A stretch of 64,000 nt of DNA from an uncultured Solirubrobacteraceae bacterium (GCA_964588985.1 CAZPQW010000013.1:33966-97965), one strand, 5' to 3'; shown: positions 18,722 to 28,959, numbered from the stretch's first letter. Numbers and translations are program-made. Notes: generated from the letters alone by a model not told the origin.

Positions 18722-20164
18722 ATGCGCGGGCAGGACGATAGACGACGCGCTCGGCCGGCAGCGCACGAGCTCGCACGCTACGAGGCGTTGTTCGCCTCGC
18801 GCACGCGCGGCATGAAAAGCTCGGCGATGCGCGAGATGATGGCGCTGACCGAGCGCCCGGATGTGATCTCGCTCGCGGGCGGGCTGCCCGACACCTCGAC
18901 GTTCGCGCCGGAGCTGTACGCGAAGCTGATGGCGAAGGTCGCCGCCGAGTCCGCGGCGCGCGCGCTGCAGTACGGGCCGACCGAGGGGATGGCGGTGGCG
19001 GTCGACTGCATCGTCGAGGTGATGGCCACCGAGGGAACGTCGGTCAACGCGGCTGACGTGATCGTCACGACCGGCGGTCAGCAGGTGATCGACCTGGTGT
19101 GCAAGACGCTGATCGACCCGGGCGACGTGATCGTCGCCGAGGCGCCCACCTACCCCGGAGCGGTGCCCACGTTCAGCGCCTACCAGGCGGATGTCGTGCA
19201 GATCGAGATGGACAGCGACGGGATGCCGATCGACGAGCTCGAGAGCACGTTGGACCGGCTGCAGAGCGAAGGGCGCAGCCCAAAGTTCATCTACACGATC
19301 CCCAACTTCCAGAACCCGGGCGGGGTGACGATGTCTCTACCCCGCCGCCGGCGCCTGGTCGAGGTGGCGCGCGAGCGCGAGCTGCTGGTGCTCGAGGACA
19401 ACCCCTACGGCCTGCTGCGCTACGAGGGCGAGGCGCTGCCGACGCTCTACTCGCTGGACGCCGCGAACGCCGGTAAGAGCGGGGCGTCGGACCTGGTGAT
19501 CTACCTGGGCACGTTCTCGAAGATCCTCTCGCCCGGGCTGCGCCTCGGCTGGGCGGTAGCGCCGCGCCCGGTGCTGGAGAAGCTCAACCTGGGCAAACAG
19601 GGCGCGGACCTGTGCAGCTCGCCGATGACACAGCTGTTCGTGGCCGCGTACTTCCTCGAGCGCACCCCCGAGGGGGGCCCGGCGTGGATCGAGTACGTGG
19701 AGCGCTTGAGGGACCTCTACCGGAGCCGGCGCGACGTGATGCTCGAGGCGCTGGAGGAGCACTTCGGGGGGCGGGCGACGTGGACGCGACCGGAGGGCGG
19801 GCTGTTCATCTGGGCGACGTTGGACGGCAGCGTCGACACGACCGACCTGATGGCGCGCAGCGAGGGCGTGGCGTTCGTGCCCGGACGCGCCGCGTACACC
19901 GACGGGCGACGCGGAAGCTCCTCGATGCGCCTGAACTTCGCCGGCGTCCCGGAGGAGGACATCCGCGAGGGGATCCGGCGGATCGGCCGGATCATGGGCG
20001 GCGACACGGGCCTGCTCGGCACGTTGACCGGATCCAAGCCGGCGTCCTCGGAGGCTCCCAGCGAGCCCACGCCGAAGGTCGACGAGAGCGCCGGACTGGC
20101 GGACGTGGTGGAGCTGCCTCGGCGCGACCAGCCCGCTCAGACGCGCCGACGACAGGATCGATGA
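18722..20164 (+). CDS. PLP-dependent aminotransferase class I/II (LysN/ARO8-like)
   Basis: ISLAGGLP, LQYG, PNFQNPGG, EDNPY, TFSKILSPGLRLGW; stop overlaps ddl start. Confidence 0.88.
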   Translation: MRGQDDRRRARPAAHELARYEALFASRTRGMKSSAMREMMALTERPDVISLAGGLPDTSTFAPELYAKLMAKVAAESAARALQYGPTEGMAVAVDCIVEVMATEGTSVNAADVIVTTGGQQVIDLVCKTLIDPGDVIVAEAPTYPGAVPTFSAYQADVVQIEMDSDGMPIDELESTLDRLQSEGRSPKFIYTIPNFQNPGGVTMSLPRRRRLVEVARERELLVLEDNPYGLLRYEGEALPTLYSLDAANAGKSGASDLVIYLGTFSKILSPGLRLGWAVAPRPVLEKLNLGKQGADLCSSPMTQLFVAAYFLERTPEGGPAWIEYVERLRDLYRSRRDVMLEALEEHFGGRATWTRPEGGLFIWATLDGSVDTTDLMARSEGVAFVPGRAAYTDGRRGSSSMRLNFAGVPEEDIREGIRRIGRIMGGDTGLLGTLTGSKPASSEAPSEPTPKVDESAGLADVVELPRRDQPAQTRRRQDR

Positions 20165-21135
20165 GCGCCGCGAAGAAGGTCGCCGTGCTCAAGGGCGGCG
20201 GGTCCCTGGAGCGAACGGTGTCGCTGCGCTCGGGCGCCCGGGCGCAGGAAGCCCTGGGGCGGCTGGGTCACGAGGTGATCGCGATCGACGCGGGCTCGGA
20301 GTTCGTCGAGCAGATGCACGAGTGCAGGCCCGACGCGGCGTTCGTCGCCCTGCATGGCCGCGACGGCGAGGACGGGACCATCCAGGGGCTGCTGGAGACG
20401 ATCGGGGTGCCCTACACCGGCTCGGGCCCCGGGGCGTGCATGCGCTGTACCGACAAGGCGCTAGCGAAGTACCTGATGCGCGAGGCGGGCATTCCCACGC
20501 CTGACTTCACGTCCTTCAAGGAGAGCGCGATCAAAGAGCTGGGAGTGGCGGCGGCGCTTGGAGACGTCGAGCGGACGCTCGGCTTCCCGATGGTCGTCAA
20601 GCCGGCGAGCCAGGGCTCGGCGCTGGGCGTGAAGTTCGCTCGCTCGAGCGAGGAGCTGCCGGGGGCGATCGTGGGGGCCCTCTCCTACGACCGCAAGGTG
20701 GTGATCGAGCGCTACGTCAAGGGCCGTGACCTCGCGGTATCGATTCTCGACTCCGACTCGGAGATGAGATCCCCGCCCGCCCCGCCGGTGGCACTGCCGG
20801 TCGTCGAGGCGATCCCGCGCGAAGAGGAGTTCTACAACTACGAGTCGCGATACGAGATCGGCATGACCACGTTCGTGTGTCCAGCCAAGCTGCCCGAGGA
20901 GACGACCGCACGGGCGCAGGAGCTGGCGCTCGCGACGTACAGGCTGCTCGGCTGCCACGGCGTCGCCCGCGTCGACCTGATGCTCGACGAGGAGACCGGT
21001 GAGCTGTCGGTGCTCGAGACGAACGTCGGCCCGGGCCTGACCGAAACGAGCCTGCTGCCGCTCGCCGCCGATGCCGCGGGGATCGGCTTCGACGAGCTGG
21101 TCGGGCGGATCCTGCAGAGCGCCTTTACGCGCTAG
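20161..21135 (+). CDS. ddl: D-alanine--D-alanine ligase
   Basis: GGGSLERTVS, LHGRDGEDG, PYTGS, DK, VVKP..QGS, RVD, ETN..PG. Confidence 0.88.
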   Translation: MSAAKKVAVLKGGGSLERTVSLRSGARAQEALGRLGHEVIAIDAGSEFVEQMHECRPDAAFVALHGRDGEDGTIQGLLETIGVPYTGSGPGACMRCTDKALAKYLMREAGIPTPDFTSFKESAIKELGVAAALGDVERTLGFPMVVKPASQGSALGVKFARSSEELPGAIVGALSYDRKVVIERYVKGRDLAVSILDSDSEMRSPPAPPVALPVVEAIPREEEFYNYESRYEIGMTTFVCPAKLPEETTARAQELALATYRLLGCHGVARVDLMLDEETGELSVLETNVGPGLTETSLLPLAADAAGIGFDELVGRILQSAFTR

Positions 21136-21623
21136 CTGTCGCCCGCCGCGAAATCCTCCGGAGACACCTGGTCGAGGAACTCCTTGAACTTCTCGACGAC
21201 GTCCTCGGACTCGTCGACGTCGTGCTCGAACTCGATCGCGGACTCGGAGATGACCTCCTCGGCGGCGAAGATCGGCGCTCCGGAGCGGACCGCGAGCGCG
21301 ATCGCGTCGCTCGGACGCGAGTCGATCTCCAGCTCGCGGCCGTTGACGCTGAGCGTGATCGACGCGAAGAACGTGTTCTCGCGCAGCTCGGTGACCGACA
21401 CCTGCGTGCACTTGACGTCGAGCTCGCCGAGGATGTCGCTCAGCAGGTCGTGGGTCATCGGGCGTGGGGTGCCGGCACCCTGGAGCTTCATCAGGATCGA
21501 GGCGGCCTCGGGATGCCCGATCCAGATCGGCAGGAACTTGTTGCCGTCGACCGTCTTCAGGAGCACGATCGGCTGCTTGCCGACCATGTCGAAACTGACG
21601 CCGTAGATGACCATCTCCTGCAC
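21132..21623 (-). CDS. Bifunctional nuclease family protein (DUF151)
   Basis: LPIWIG..EA, RPMTHDL, DSRPSDAIALA. Confidence 0.9.
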   Translation of the reverse strand: MQEMVIYGVSFDMVGKQPIVLLKTVDGNKFLPIWIGHPEAASILMKLQGAGTPRPMTHDLLSDILGELDVKCTQVSVTELRENTFFASITLSVNGRELEIDSRPSDAIALAVRSGAPIFAAEEVISESAIEFEHDVDESEDVVEKFKEFLDQVSPEDFAAGDS

Positions 21624-21719
21624 AAGGATCCTCCGAGAGGGGAAGTCAGAGTATAGGTGCCGACTGGTCCGCCGACCAGCCGCGACGCGGCTCGGCGACG
21701 GGCATACGGACCTGGGAAA

Positions 21720-22172
21720 TCACGCTCGAGCCCGGAAGCTCCAGAGCTTGTTGCCGAGGAAGTTCAGAGGGGTGGCCGCCGCGACGGCGAGCGCCTGGGC
21801 GGGCACCTTCGAGAGGCCGGCCGACTCGACGAACAGCGTCAGCAGCAGCTGGCTGAAGACGAACGCGACGAGACTCACGGCCAGGAAGCGGACGGCCTGT
21901 GCGTGGGCGCGCTCTCCACCCGCGTCGAACGTCCAATGGCGGTTGAGCACGAAGTTATTGGCCACCGCGACCAGCCACGCGCCCGCCGAGGCCACGTGGT
22001 ACTCGACGCTCAGTGGATGCACGAGCAGCGCGTACACCGCGAGGTTGACCGCGAAGCCGACCCCTCCGACGAGGCCGAAGCGGACCAGTTGCAACCAGTT
22101 GGCGGGCCTGCGCATGCCGTCGATCAGGCGTACGTGCGGCCGGATCTCCACAGCCGTGGCGTCCTCGCGCAT
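21720..22172 (-). CDS. GtrA family membrane protein
   Basis: QLVRFGLVG, NNFVLNRHWTF, NFLGNKLWSF. Confidence 0.88.
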   Translation of the reverse strand: MREDATAVEIRPHVRLIDGMRRPANWLQLVRFGLVGGVGFAVNLAVYALLVHPLSVEYHVASAGAWLVAVANNFVLNRHWTFDAGGERAHAQAVRFLAVSLVAFVFSQLLLTLFVESAGLSKVPAQALAVAAATPLNFLGNKLWSFRARA

Positions 22173-22223
22173 CGCTTCAGGGTAGCGACCCCGACCGGCG
22201 GACGCTGACGCTAGCCTAGGTGT

Positions 22224-23024
22224 GTGAGCATCTGGAGCAAGGTTCTCCTCTCGTGCGTCTGCCCGCTGGCTGTGCTGGCCCTGTCGGCGTGCGGAGAAGC
22301 GACCGCGGGCGGAGCCGGCAAGGCCGTCGCGAGCGTCACGCCCCACGGCGCGGGGACGGGAGCCGCGGGCAACTCCCGCACGGCGACGGGCGCCCAAGGC
22401 ACGTTCAAGGAGGTCGCCGACCCGACCGAAGCAAGTGCCCACCCGGTCGTTGGCGCGGTTCATCACGCGGCTGCGAAGACCCCCGAAAAGGCGGGCGCCG
22501 TGGTCGCTGCCGGAGCGCTGTCGGACGCGGAAGTCAAGCGCGAGCTGGCGCAGATGCACGCGGTGCAGCGCAGCGCCAAGCAGGCTCAGCAGCATCAGTT
22601 GATCCCGGTCCCGGGCGGTCAGTCGATTGGAGGCGACGGGACGCTGCCAATTCCCACGAACGTGCCCGAAGTGATCCAGAAGGTCGTCGCGGGCGCGAAT
22701 GAGATCACGGACTTCCCGTACGTGTTCGGGGGCGGTCACGCGTCGTTCGTCGACAACGCGTACGACTGCTCGGGGTCGGTGAGCTACGCGCTCGCCGCCG
22801 GTGGCCTGCTGAGCGCTCCGGAGACCTCCGGGGAACTGGAGAGCTGGGGAGCGCCCGGCCCTGGTAAGTACATCACCGTGTACGCCAACGCGGGGCACAC
22901 GTACATGTACGTCGACGGGATCCTCTACGACACCGCGGGACGCAGCGGCACGTACGCGTCGCGCTGGCAGGTCGGCGGGACCGACAACTCGGGATATGTC
23001 GTGCGTCACTACCCCGGCCTCTAG
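22224..23024 (+). CDS. NlpC/P60-like lipoprotein
   Basis: Lipobox LSAC; PYVFGGGH, YDCSG catalytic Cys, GHTYM catalytic His. Confidence 0.8.
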   Translation: MSIWSKVLLSCVCPLAVLALSACGEATAGGAGKAVASVTPHGAGTGAAGNSRTATGAQGTFKEVADPTEASAHPVVGAVHHAAAKTPEKAGAVVAAGALSDAEVKRELAQMHAVQRSAKQAQQHQLIPVPGGQSIGGDGTLPIPTNVPEVIQKVVAGANEITDFPYVFGGGHASFVDNAYDCSGSVSYALAAGGLLSAPETSGELESWGAPGPGKYITVYANAGHTYMYVDGILYDTAGRSGTYASRWQVGGTDNSGYVVRHYPGL

Positions 23025-23038
23025 AGGCCTCGCCGCAG

Positions 23039-23218
23039 ATGCACCTCGCAGCTCTGATCCTTGCCCTCGACGGAGAATCCGCCAACGCCAGCAACACGGG
23101 CCTGGCGGTGATCTCGATCGTGTCGATCGTCAGCGGCTATCTGTTGCTGGCGGGGCTGTGGTTCTTCGTGTTCAGCAGCAAAGCGCGTGAGCGCCGCGAG
23201 AAGAGCTCCGGAGACTGA
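23039..23218 (+). CDS. Small single-pass membrane protein (59 aa, below ORF track cut-off)
   Basis: Manual translation MHLAALILALDGESANASNTGLAVISIVSIVSGYLLLAGLWFFVFSSKARERREKSSGD; TM helix followed by basic residues. Confidence 0.6.
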   Translation: MHLAALILALDGESANASNTGLAVISIVSIVSGYLLLAGLWFFVFSSKARERREKSSGD

Positions 23219-23264
23219 ACGGGGCGCCGTCGATGCCGCACCTCGGAGTGAGGCGCGGAGCCCC

Positions 23265-25469
23265 TCAGTGACTGAGGGTGAAGCTGCTGAGCACGGTCGT
23301 GCTCACCGGATTGCCCGGTGTCGCGTTGTGCACTGTCAGTCGCAGCATCAGCTTGATCTTGTGCACGCGCGCGAGACGGGAAGCAGTGCGCTTCGAGAAC
23401 TGGATCTTCACCGCGCTACGGCCGCCCTTGGTCGTGACGAGGATCGCTTTGGCGATCACCAGCTCGGGCGGCGTCCCTGCCGGGAGGCCCACCGCCGGCG
23501 TGCCAGCGATGTGCAGTCGTTTTGCTGTGGCGCTGTCGAGCAGCACCTCGAAGCGACCGGCGACCTGCTCGTTTACCGAGTAGCGCACGACGAGACCTTT
23601 GCGCAGCACGGTTTTAAGCGAGCGCGATATGACCGCCGCGGCTGCGATGGGGTTCACCGCCGTCAGGCCGGGGGTACCGCTCCCGGAGGTCTGTCCGGAG
23701 CCGCTGCCAGAGCCGGGCGGGGACGTGGGAGCTGGCGGGCCGTTGACGGTGATGAGCTGACTGGTGGTGCCGACGTTGCCGCCGACATCTGTCACCGTCA
23801 GCGTCACGGTGTACGTGCCGCCGTACTGATATGCGTGAAACACGCTCGCCGCACAGGGGCTCTGCCAGGGGAATTCGCAGGTGGGGGTGCCTGGAGCATA
23901 GCCCTTCACTTCGGTGCTGCCATCGCCGAAGTTCCACGCGTAGGTCGCGTAGTTCGGTTCTGTAGCGCCTCCGGGGGAGTAGCGAATACCCGCGTTCAGG
24001 GATATGTTCGACTCCATGCCGTCGAACCCGACTGTTTCACCTGAGTTCACGGGGTTCGGCGCGGTGAACTGAGGAATCAGGTTGTCACCGGCAATGCATG
24101 GAACTCCAGGGTAGATGAGGTCCAGCGCGGCGAGGTTGAAGGCATTGTCCAAGTAGTATTTGCCGCCGCCTATCACCTGGTTGGAGAGCGTGCCGGCGAG
24201 GGACCCCGGCAAGGCCGTGGCGCTGCCTTCGGGCTTGCCGGAGGAGAAGTGGTTGCGACACTCGTCCGTCGCCTCGTTGTTGGCCGAGTCCTGCCATGCG
24301 TTCAGCAGCGGGTTGGTGACGACATTCTGCTGCTCCATCGCGATCTGATTGATGATCAGGTCGGCGAGTCCCGTGTCACACCACCCGTCATAGCTGGGGC
24401 AGGGAGTGACCTGGTTCGGCTCCTGCTCGTGGGGTCCTGTGAGCGCGAGAGCTTCGAGCTCTTCCCTTTTCTGCACTTTGGTCTTTTCTTCGTATTCTTC
24501 GACTTCCTTTTTGGTGAGTTCCGCTTCGGTCTCCTTGGACTCACCTTTGGTGGGGTCGAAGGCGCCGTCCTGACAGTCGTAGGCTGGCTTCTGGTCTTCT
24601 TCACTGAGCTGGCCGTCCCCGTCGCCGCCGGCGGTCCACGGGATCATGCCGTACAGCACCGTGTTGGCGTCACCGGTCGGCGTTCCACCGGGGTTGATGT
24701 CGGAGTGATAGCTGCAGAAGCTGTGTTTGTAGCCGGGAGCGCCTTCGTAGTCGGAGCAGTGGGTAGCCGCTCCGTCGAGACAGACGGTGACACCCGGAGG
24801 CGTCAGCAAGTAGTAGATCGAGCTCATACCCGTGGGCAGGCTGTGCTGGGCGATAAATGCCTGCAGCTGTTCGCGAACCTGCTGGTCGGTGATACAGGTG
24901 ATCGGCTTGATTTTCGAGAAGAGTTCTTCCTGCAGGGGGTCGGGGTCCGTGCAGCCCGCAGCCGGGTACTTTGCGGTGTCCGTGAACGCAGCCCGGTATG
25001 TGAAGTGATAGTAGGCGGGGTTGTTGGTCTTATCCGTGTATTGCGTGTCCACCGCGAAGTCGTTGCCGAGTGTGCCGCTGTCGGCGCCTACCCTTTGAAA
25101 AAAGCCATTGATGAGGTGCTGCCAGTCGCCGTGGTACTGGTCGCCCGGGTCCCAGTAGATCGCGAAGACTTCGCTCTTGTGCAGAACCGGGTTGCCGGCG
25201 GGGTTCCCGAACGTCAGCGCCGCCGGCTGATATTTCAATTCGCCGATTTCAGGGGCTTCGAGCACGCCCTCCAAGACCGATTCCGCGTTGCGCGGCTGCA
25301 GCCCCACGGTCGTCGATTCGACCGTCGTCACGACGGCGAGCGCCGGCGCGGCGGCACCCAGCAGCGCCGCGGAGAACACCAGCGCACACGCGACGGCGAG
25401 CGAGCTGCGTCGGGTCGAGGTGGAGCGTAGGACGGCGAGAGGGGGAAACCGGCGCAGGGAGATGGTCAC
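23265..25469 (-). CDS. Secreted Cys-rich protein with C-terminal PKD domain
   Basis: Signal peptide ending PALA; GNPVLH..VFAIYW, FCSYHS; PKD motif YAWNFGDG...HAYQYGGTYTVTLTVTD. Confidence 0.8.
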   Translation of the reverse strand: MTISLRRFPPLAVLRSTSTRRSSLAVACALVFSAALLGAAAPALAVVTTVESTTVGLQPRNAESVLEGVLEAPEIGELKYQPAALTFGNPAGNPVLHKSEVFAIYWDPGDQYHGDWQHLINGFFQRVGADSGTLGNDFAVDTQYTDKTNNPAYYHFTYRAAFTDTAKYPAAGCTDPDPLQEELFSKIKPITCITDQQVREQLQAFIAQHSLPTGMSSIYYLLTPPGVTVCLDGAATHCSDYEGAPGYKHSFCSYHSDINPGGTPTGDANTVLYGMIPWTAGGDGDGQLSEEDQKPAYDCQDGAFDPTKGESKETEAELTKKEVEEYEEKTKVQKREELEALALTGPHEQEPNQVTPCPSYDGWCDTGLADLIINQIAMEQQNVVTNPLLNAWQDSANNEATDECRNHFSSGKPEGSATALPGSLAGTLSNQVIGGGKYYLDNAFNLAALDLIYPGVPCIAGDNLIPQFTAPNPVNSGETVGFDGMESNISLNAGIRYSPGGATEPNYATYAWNFGDGSTEVKGYAPGTPTCEFPWQSPCAASVFHAYQYGGTYTVTLTVTDVGGNVGTTSQLITVNGPPAPTSPPGSGSGSGQTSGSGTPGLTAVNPIAAAAVISRSLKTVLRKGLVVRYSVNEQVAGRFEVLLDSATAKRLHIAGTPAVGLPAGTPPELVIAKAILVTTKGGRSAVKIQFSKRTASRLARVHKIKLMLRLTVHNATPGNPVSTTVLSSFTLSH

Positions 25470-25476
25470 GCCCCTC

Positions 25477-25504
25477 TAATCGGCAGGTGCGGCCGCTTTC
25501 CTTA
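25477..25504 (-). promoter_or_regulatory. Sigma28-family promoter of the PKD-protein gene
   Basis: Minus strand TAAGG-N15-GCCGATTA, 7 nt before the GTG start at 25469. Confidence 0.62.
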
Positions 25505-25523
25505 GCCGCCGTGGACGACTTCG

Positions 25524-26240
25524 CTAGTGCGCGCGCGCCGTTTTGAGCTTCGTCTTGGCCGCTGCAGCGCGCTGAGCACGGTAGGCGGAGAGCGCGCTCC
25601 TGTACGCCGACGCGAGGTCCGCGAGCGCTTCGTGGGAGGTTTGCCCGACCGAAGGCAGGTCTTCGGGGTTGGTCGCGCCGGTTGGCGAGATGCCGATCTC
25701 CAGGTGGGGCGCCGAAGAGATGCCGACCGTGCCGCAGCCCACGTCCGCGATCGGCTGGCCCGCGCTCACGTGCGCGCCCACGGGCACGAGGGCCGGGGCG
25801 GCGTGGCCGTAGTAGATGTACCTGCCCTGCTGCGGACCGCTTTCCACGAGCAGCACCGGGGCCCACTTCCCGAACCCGTCGAGGCCCTCCTGCACGATCG
25901 TGCCGCTCGCCACCGCGAGCTCCTCCAGGTGAGAGCCGCACTGGTTGGCGGTCCCGCCGAGATCGACGCCCTGGTCCAGCGACCACCAGCCCCTGGGAGC
26001 GACGTGGGAGAGCGGGTACAGGGGAAAGACCCAGCCGCGCGCGCTCATCGGATAGGGGCTCCCCGCGAAGACCGGCGCCGAGGTCAGCGCGGTGCCACCG
26101 GCTTGGCTCGTGGCAGGCGCAGGAGCGGGGACGGCCGTGCCTCCGGTCAGCGCGGCCTGGGCCGCCTGCCCCCCGAGGGCCGAGGCCAGGAGCGAGATCA
26201 GCACGAGTGTGACCGCACGCGTCGCGTGACGCCGTCGCAA
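25524..26240 (-). CDS. Secreted M23 family peptidase
   Basis: Signal peptide; [32 protein letters not shown]. Confidence 0.82.
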   Translation of the reverse strand: MRRRHATRAVTLVLISLLASALGGQAAQAALTGGTAVPAPAPATSQAGGTALTSAPVFAGSPYPMSARGWVFPLYPLSHVAPRGWWSLDQGVDLGGTANQCGSHLEELAVASGTIVQEGLDGFGKWAPVLLVESGPQQGRYIYYGHAAPALVPVGAHVSAGQPIADVGCGTVGISSAPHLEIGISPTGATNPEDLPSVGQTSHEALADLASAYRSALSAYRAQRAAAAKTKLKTARAH

Positions 26241-26249
26241 AGCTACCTC

Positions 26250-26372
26250 TCTTCGTCGGCCGACGGGGTTAGCTGACGGGCTAGCGAGACTTCGCCTTCC
26301 ACGGATTCACCGCGGAACTCGCCCCAACAACTCGGTTCCCCCGCTCCCGAGCACATGCTCGAGATTGGGCGT
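26250..26372 (-). ncRNA. c-di-AMP (ydaO/yuaA) riboswitch
   Basis: Minus strand contains AATC...GAGCGGGGGAACC...TGGGGCGA...CCCGTCAGCTAACCCCGTCGGC directly upstream of a cell-wall hydrolase gene. Confidence 0.88.
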
Positions 26373-26571
26373 GCGCAAGACTAGCGTACCCGCACGGCGG
26401 ATCGCCTCACACCCGCGCCGGCGCCGCTTGACAACAGCTATTCATGCTGCCTGCCATCTGTCCAGATAGGACTGAAGTTGCCCAGCATCGGGTAGGGGTC
26501 ACCGATCTTCGCGATGAACGTAAGCGTGCATACCGCAAGCGATCGCCATTTCGCATCGAAGAAGAAACCGA

Positions 26572-28914
26572 ATGTCTCAGAGACTCCTCCGCAGTCCGAC
26601 CCCCGGTGCGGCTGCCATCGCCGTACTGCTCGTGCTTGCAGGCACCGTGGCGTCGGTGCTCGGCGCCAAATCGCTGGCGCGCTCCGACGCGGACAAGGAG
26701 CGGCTCGCGTTCCACCTCTCCTCCGCGGAGATCGCCTCGACGCTGAAGCTCGCGATCCAGCACGAGGAAGATCTCGTGGTCACCGCGAGCGCGTTCGTCA
26801 CGGGCAACCCCCGCGCGAGCGCGGCCGACTTCGACCGGTGGGCGGAATCGGTGAGCGCGATGCAGCGCTACCCGGAGCTGCTGGACATCGGCCTCGTCAC
26901 GCTCGTGCCGGCGACGCGGATGAAGGCCTTCGAAGCGCGCATGGCCGCGGACCCGCTGCGTCCGCTGGGGCCGACCTCGAGGGTCCAGGGCGGCTTCGAA
27001 GTGCTGCCGCAGGGCGATCGCCCCTACTACTGCTTCGCCGTAGCCGGGCTGGCCCGCAACGCCAAGAGCTACCTGCCCGCGGGGCTGGACTACTGCGCGT
27101 CCGCTCCCGCGCTGCTGACCACGCGCGACAGCGGCCAGTCCAGCTACGCCCCGTTCCTGTTCAAAGGCGTGCAGACGCTCGGCGTCGAGACGCCCGTCTA
27201 CCGCGGCGGATCGATTCCGCACACCACGGCCGCTCGACGGAGTGCGTTCTGGGGCTGGCTGGGAGAGCTGCTCGTTCCCGGCCTCGTGTTGGAACGGGCG
27301 CTCGAGGGTCACTCGAACGTGGCGGTGGTGTTCCGCTACAGCTCCGCCGCGTCGCACGTGGCGTTCACCAGCGGCCACGGGCTCGCGCACGCACAGCGCA
27401 ACACAATCGACCTGCACAACGGCTGGACCGTCCAGACCTTCGGCCCGGTGATCGCCAGCGGCGTCTTCGCGGACCGCAACGCGCTCGCGCTGCTGATCGG
27501 CGGCATCCTGTTCAGCACCGTGCTGGGCCTGCTGCTGCTGGTGCTCGCCACCGGGCGCAGGCGCGCGCTGGCGCTCGTGATGGAGAAGACACGCGAGCTC
27601 TCCCACCTGGCGCTGCACGACACCCTCACCGGTCTCCCCAACCGCGCGCTCGTGCTCGACCGCGCCGAGCAGGCGCTCGCTCGCGCGGCGCGTCAGCCGG
27701 GCACGATGGCGGGCGCGCTGTTCATCGACATCGACGGCTTCAAGCACGTCAACGACAATCTCGGGCACGCCGCCGGGGACCGGTTGCTGCGGATCGTCGG
27801 GGAACGGCTGCAGGACACGGTCCGCGAACAGGACACCGTCGGGCGCCTCGGCGGAGACGAGTTCGTGGTGCTGGTCGAGTCCACGGCCGGCGAGGCGACG
27901 CTCGACATCCTCGCCGAGCGACTGACGGAGGTTCTGCGCGAGCCGGTGGAGCTCGACGACGGACGCAAGATCTTCTCCGTCACCGCGAGCATCGGCGTCG
28001 CGATCGGCCAGTACGCGACGCCCGACGCGCTGCTGCGCGACGCGGATCTCGCGCTGTACGCGGCCAAGGCCGCCGGCAAGGACCGCTACGCGCTGTTCGA
28101 CCCGAGCCTCTACGAGGGCGTCGAAGGTCGCCTCGAACTCGAAGCCGACCTCAGCGCGGCCGCCGACGCGGACCAGTTCTTCCTGCTCTACCAGCCGATC
28201 TTCGACCTTCCCAGCACGGGCATCGTGAGCGCCGAGGCTCTGATCCGCTGGCGCCACCCCACGCGCGGGATCGTGCCGCCGGACAGCTTCATCCCGCTCG
28301 CCGAGGAGACCGGCCTGATTGCGGCGATCGGGCGCTGGGTGCTCGACGAGGCCTGCCGCCAGGCGGCGACGTGGGCCGCGCAGGGCCTGCGCATCGGCAT
28401 GTCGGTGAACGTGTCCGCGTACCAGCTCGGGCGCAAGGGCTTCGCCGAGGACGTGCGCCGCGCACTGGAGGAGTCGGGCCTGAGACCATCGAGGCTCACA
28501 TTGGAGATCACCGAGACGACGCTGATGCGCGACGTGGGCGCCGCGTGCGAACGCCTCGAGGAGATCAAGGCGCTCGGGGTGCGCGTCGCGATCGACGACT
28601 TCGGCACCGGGTACGCCTCGCTCTCACACCTGCAGCGGATGCCAGTGGACGTGTTGAAGATCGACCGCACCTTCGTCGCGGCGCTGCACGACGGCGGACA
28701 GAGCCGCGAGCTGCTGCAGGCGATCATCGGGGTCGGCAAGGCGCTGTCGCTGGCGGTGGTGGCGGAGGGAATCGAGGACCGTGAGCAGATGGCCACGCTC
28801 GAAGAGATGGGGTGCGAGATGGCGCAGGGCTTCCTGCTGGGCCGCCCGAGCGAGAGCGAGGCGATCGAGGAGATGTTCAACGCCCACGCCGCGGGACGCT
28901 CCTCGAGCATGTGA
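26572..28914 (+). CDS. Membrane sensor (CHASE-like) GGDEF-EAL protein
   Basis: Two TMs around a sensor domain; HDTLTGLPNR, RLGGDEF, EALIRW, IDDFGTGY, LKIDR. Confidence 0.92.
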   Translation: MSQRLLRSPTPGAAAIAVLLVLAGTVASVLGAKSLARSDADKERLAFHLSSAEIASTLKLAIQHEEDLVVTASAFVTGNPRASAADFDRWAESVSAMQRYPELLDIGLVTLVPATRMKAFEARMAADPLRPLGPTSRVQGGFEVLPQGDRPYYCFAVAGLARNAKSYLPAGLDYCASAPALLTTRDSGQSSYAPFLFKGVQTLGVETPVYRGGSIPHTTAARRSAFWGWLGELLVPGLVLERALEGHSNVAVVFRYSSAASHVAFTSGHGLAHAQRNTIDLHNGWTVQTFGPVIASGVFADRNALALLIGGILFSTVLGLLLLVLATGRRRALALVMEKTRELSHLALHDTLTGLPNRALVLDRAEQALARAARQPGTMAGALFIDIDGFKHVNDNLGHAAGDRLLRIVGERLQDTVREQDTVGRLGGDEFVVLVESTAGEATLDILAERLTEVLREPVELDDGRKIFSVTASIGVAIGQYATPDALLRDADLALYAAKAAGKDRYALFDPSLYEGVEGRLELEADLSAAADADQFFLLYQPIFDLPSTGIVSAEALIRWRHPTRGIVPPDSFIPLAEETGLIAAIGRWVLDEACRQAATWAAQGLRIGMSVNVSAYQLGRKGFAEDVRRALEESGLRPSRLTLEITETTLMRDVGAACERLEEIKALGVRVAIDDFGTGYASLSHLQRMPVDVLKIDRTFVAALHDGGQSRELLQAIIGVGKALSLAVVAEGIEDREQMATLEEMGCEMAQGFLLGRPSESEAIEEMFNAHAAGRSSSM

Positions 28915-28959
28915 AGCACCCGGGTCGTTTACGGCCCCGCTCTTTATACTTGCGCTGCT

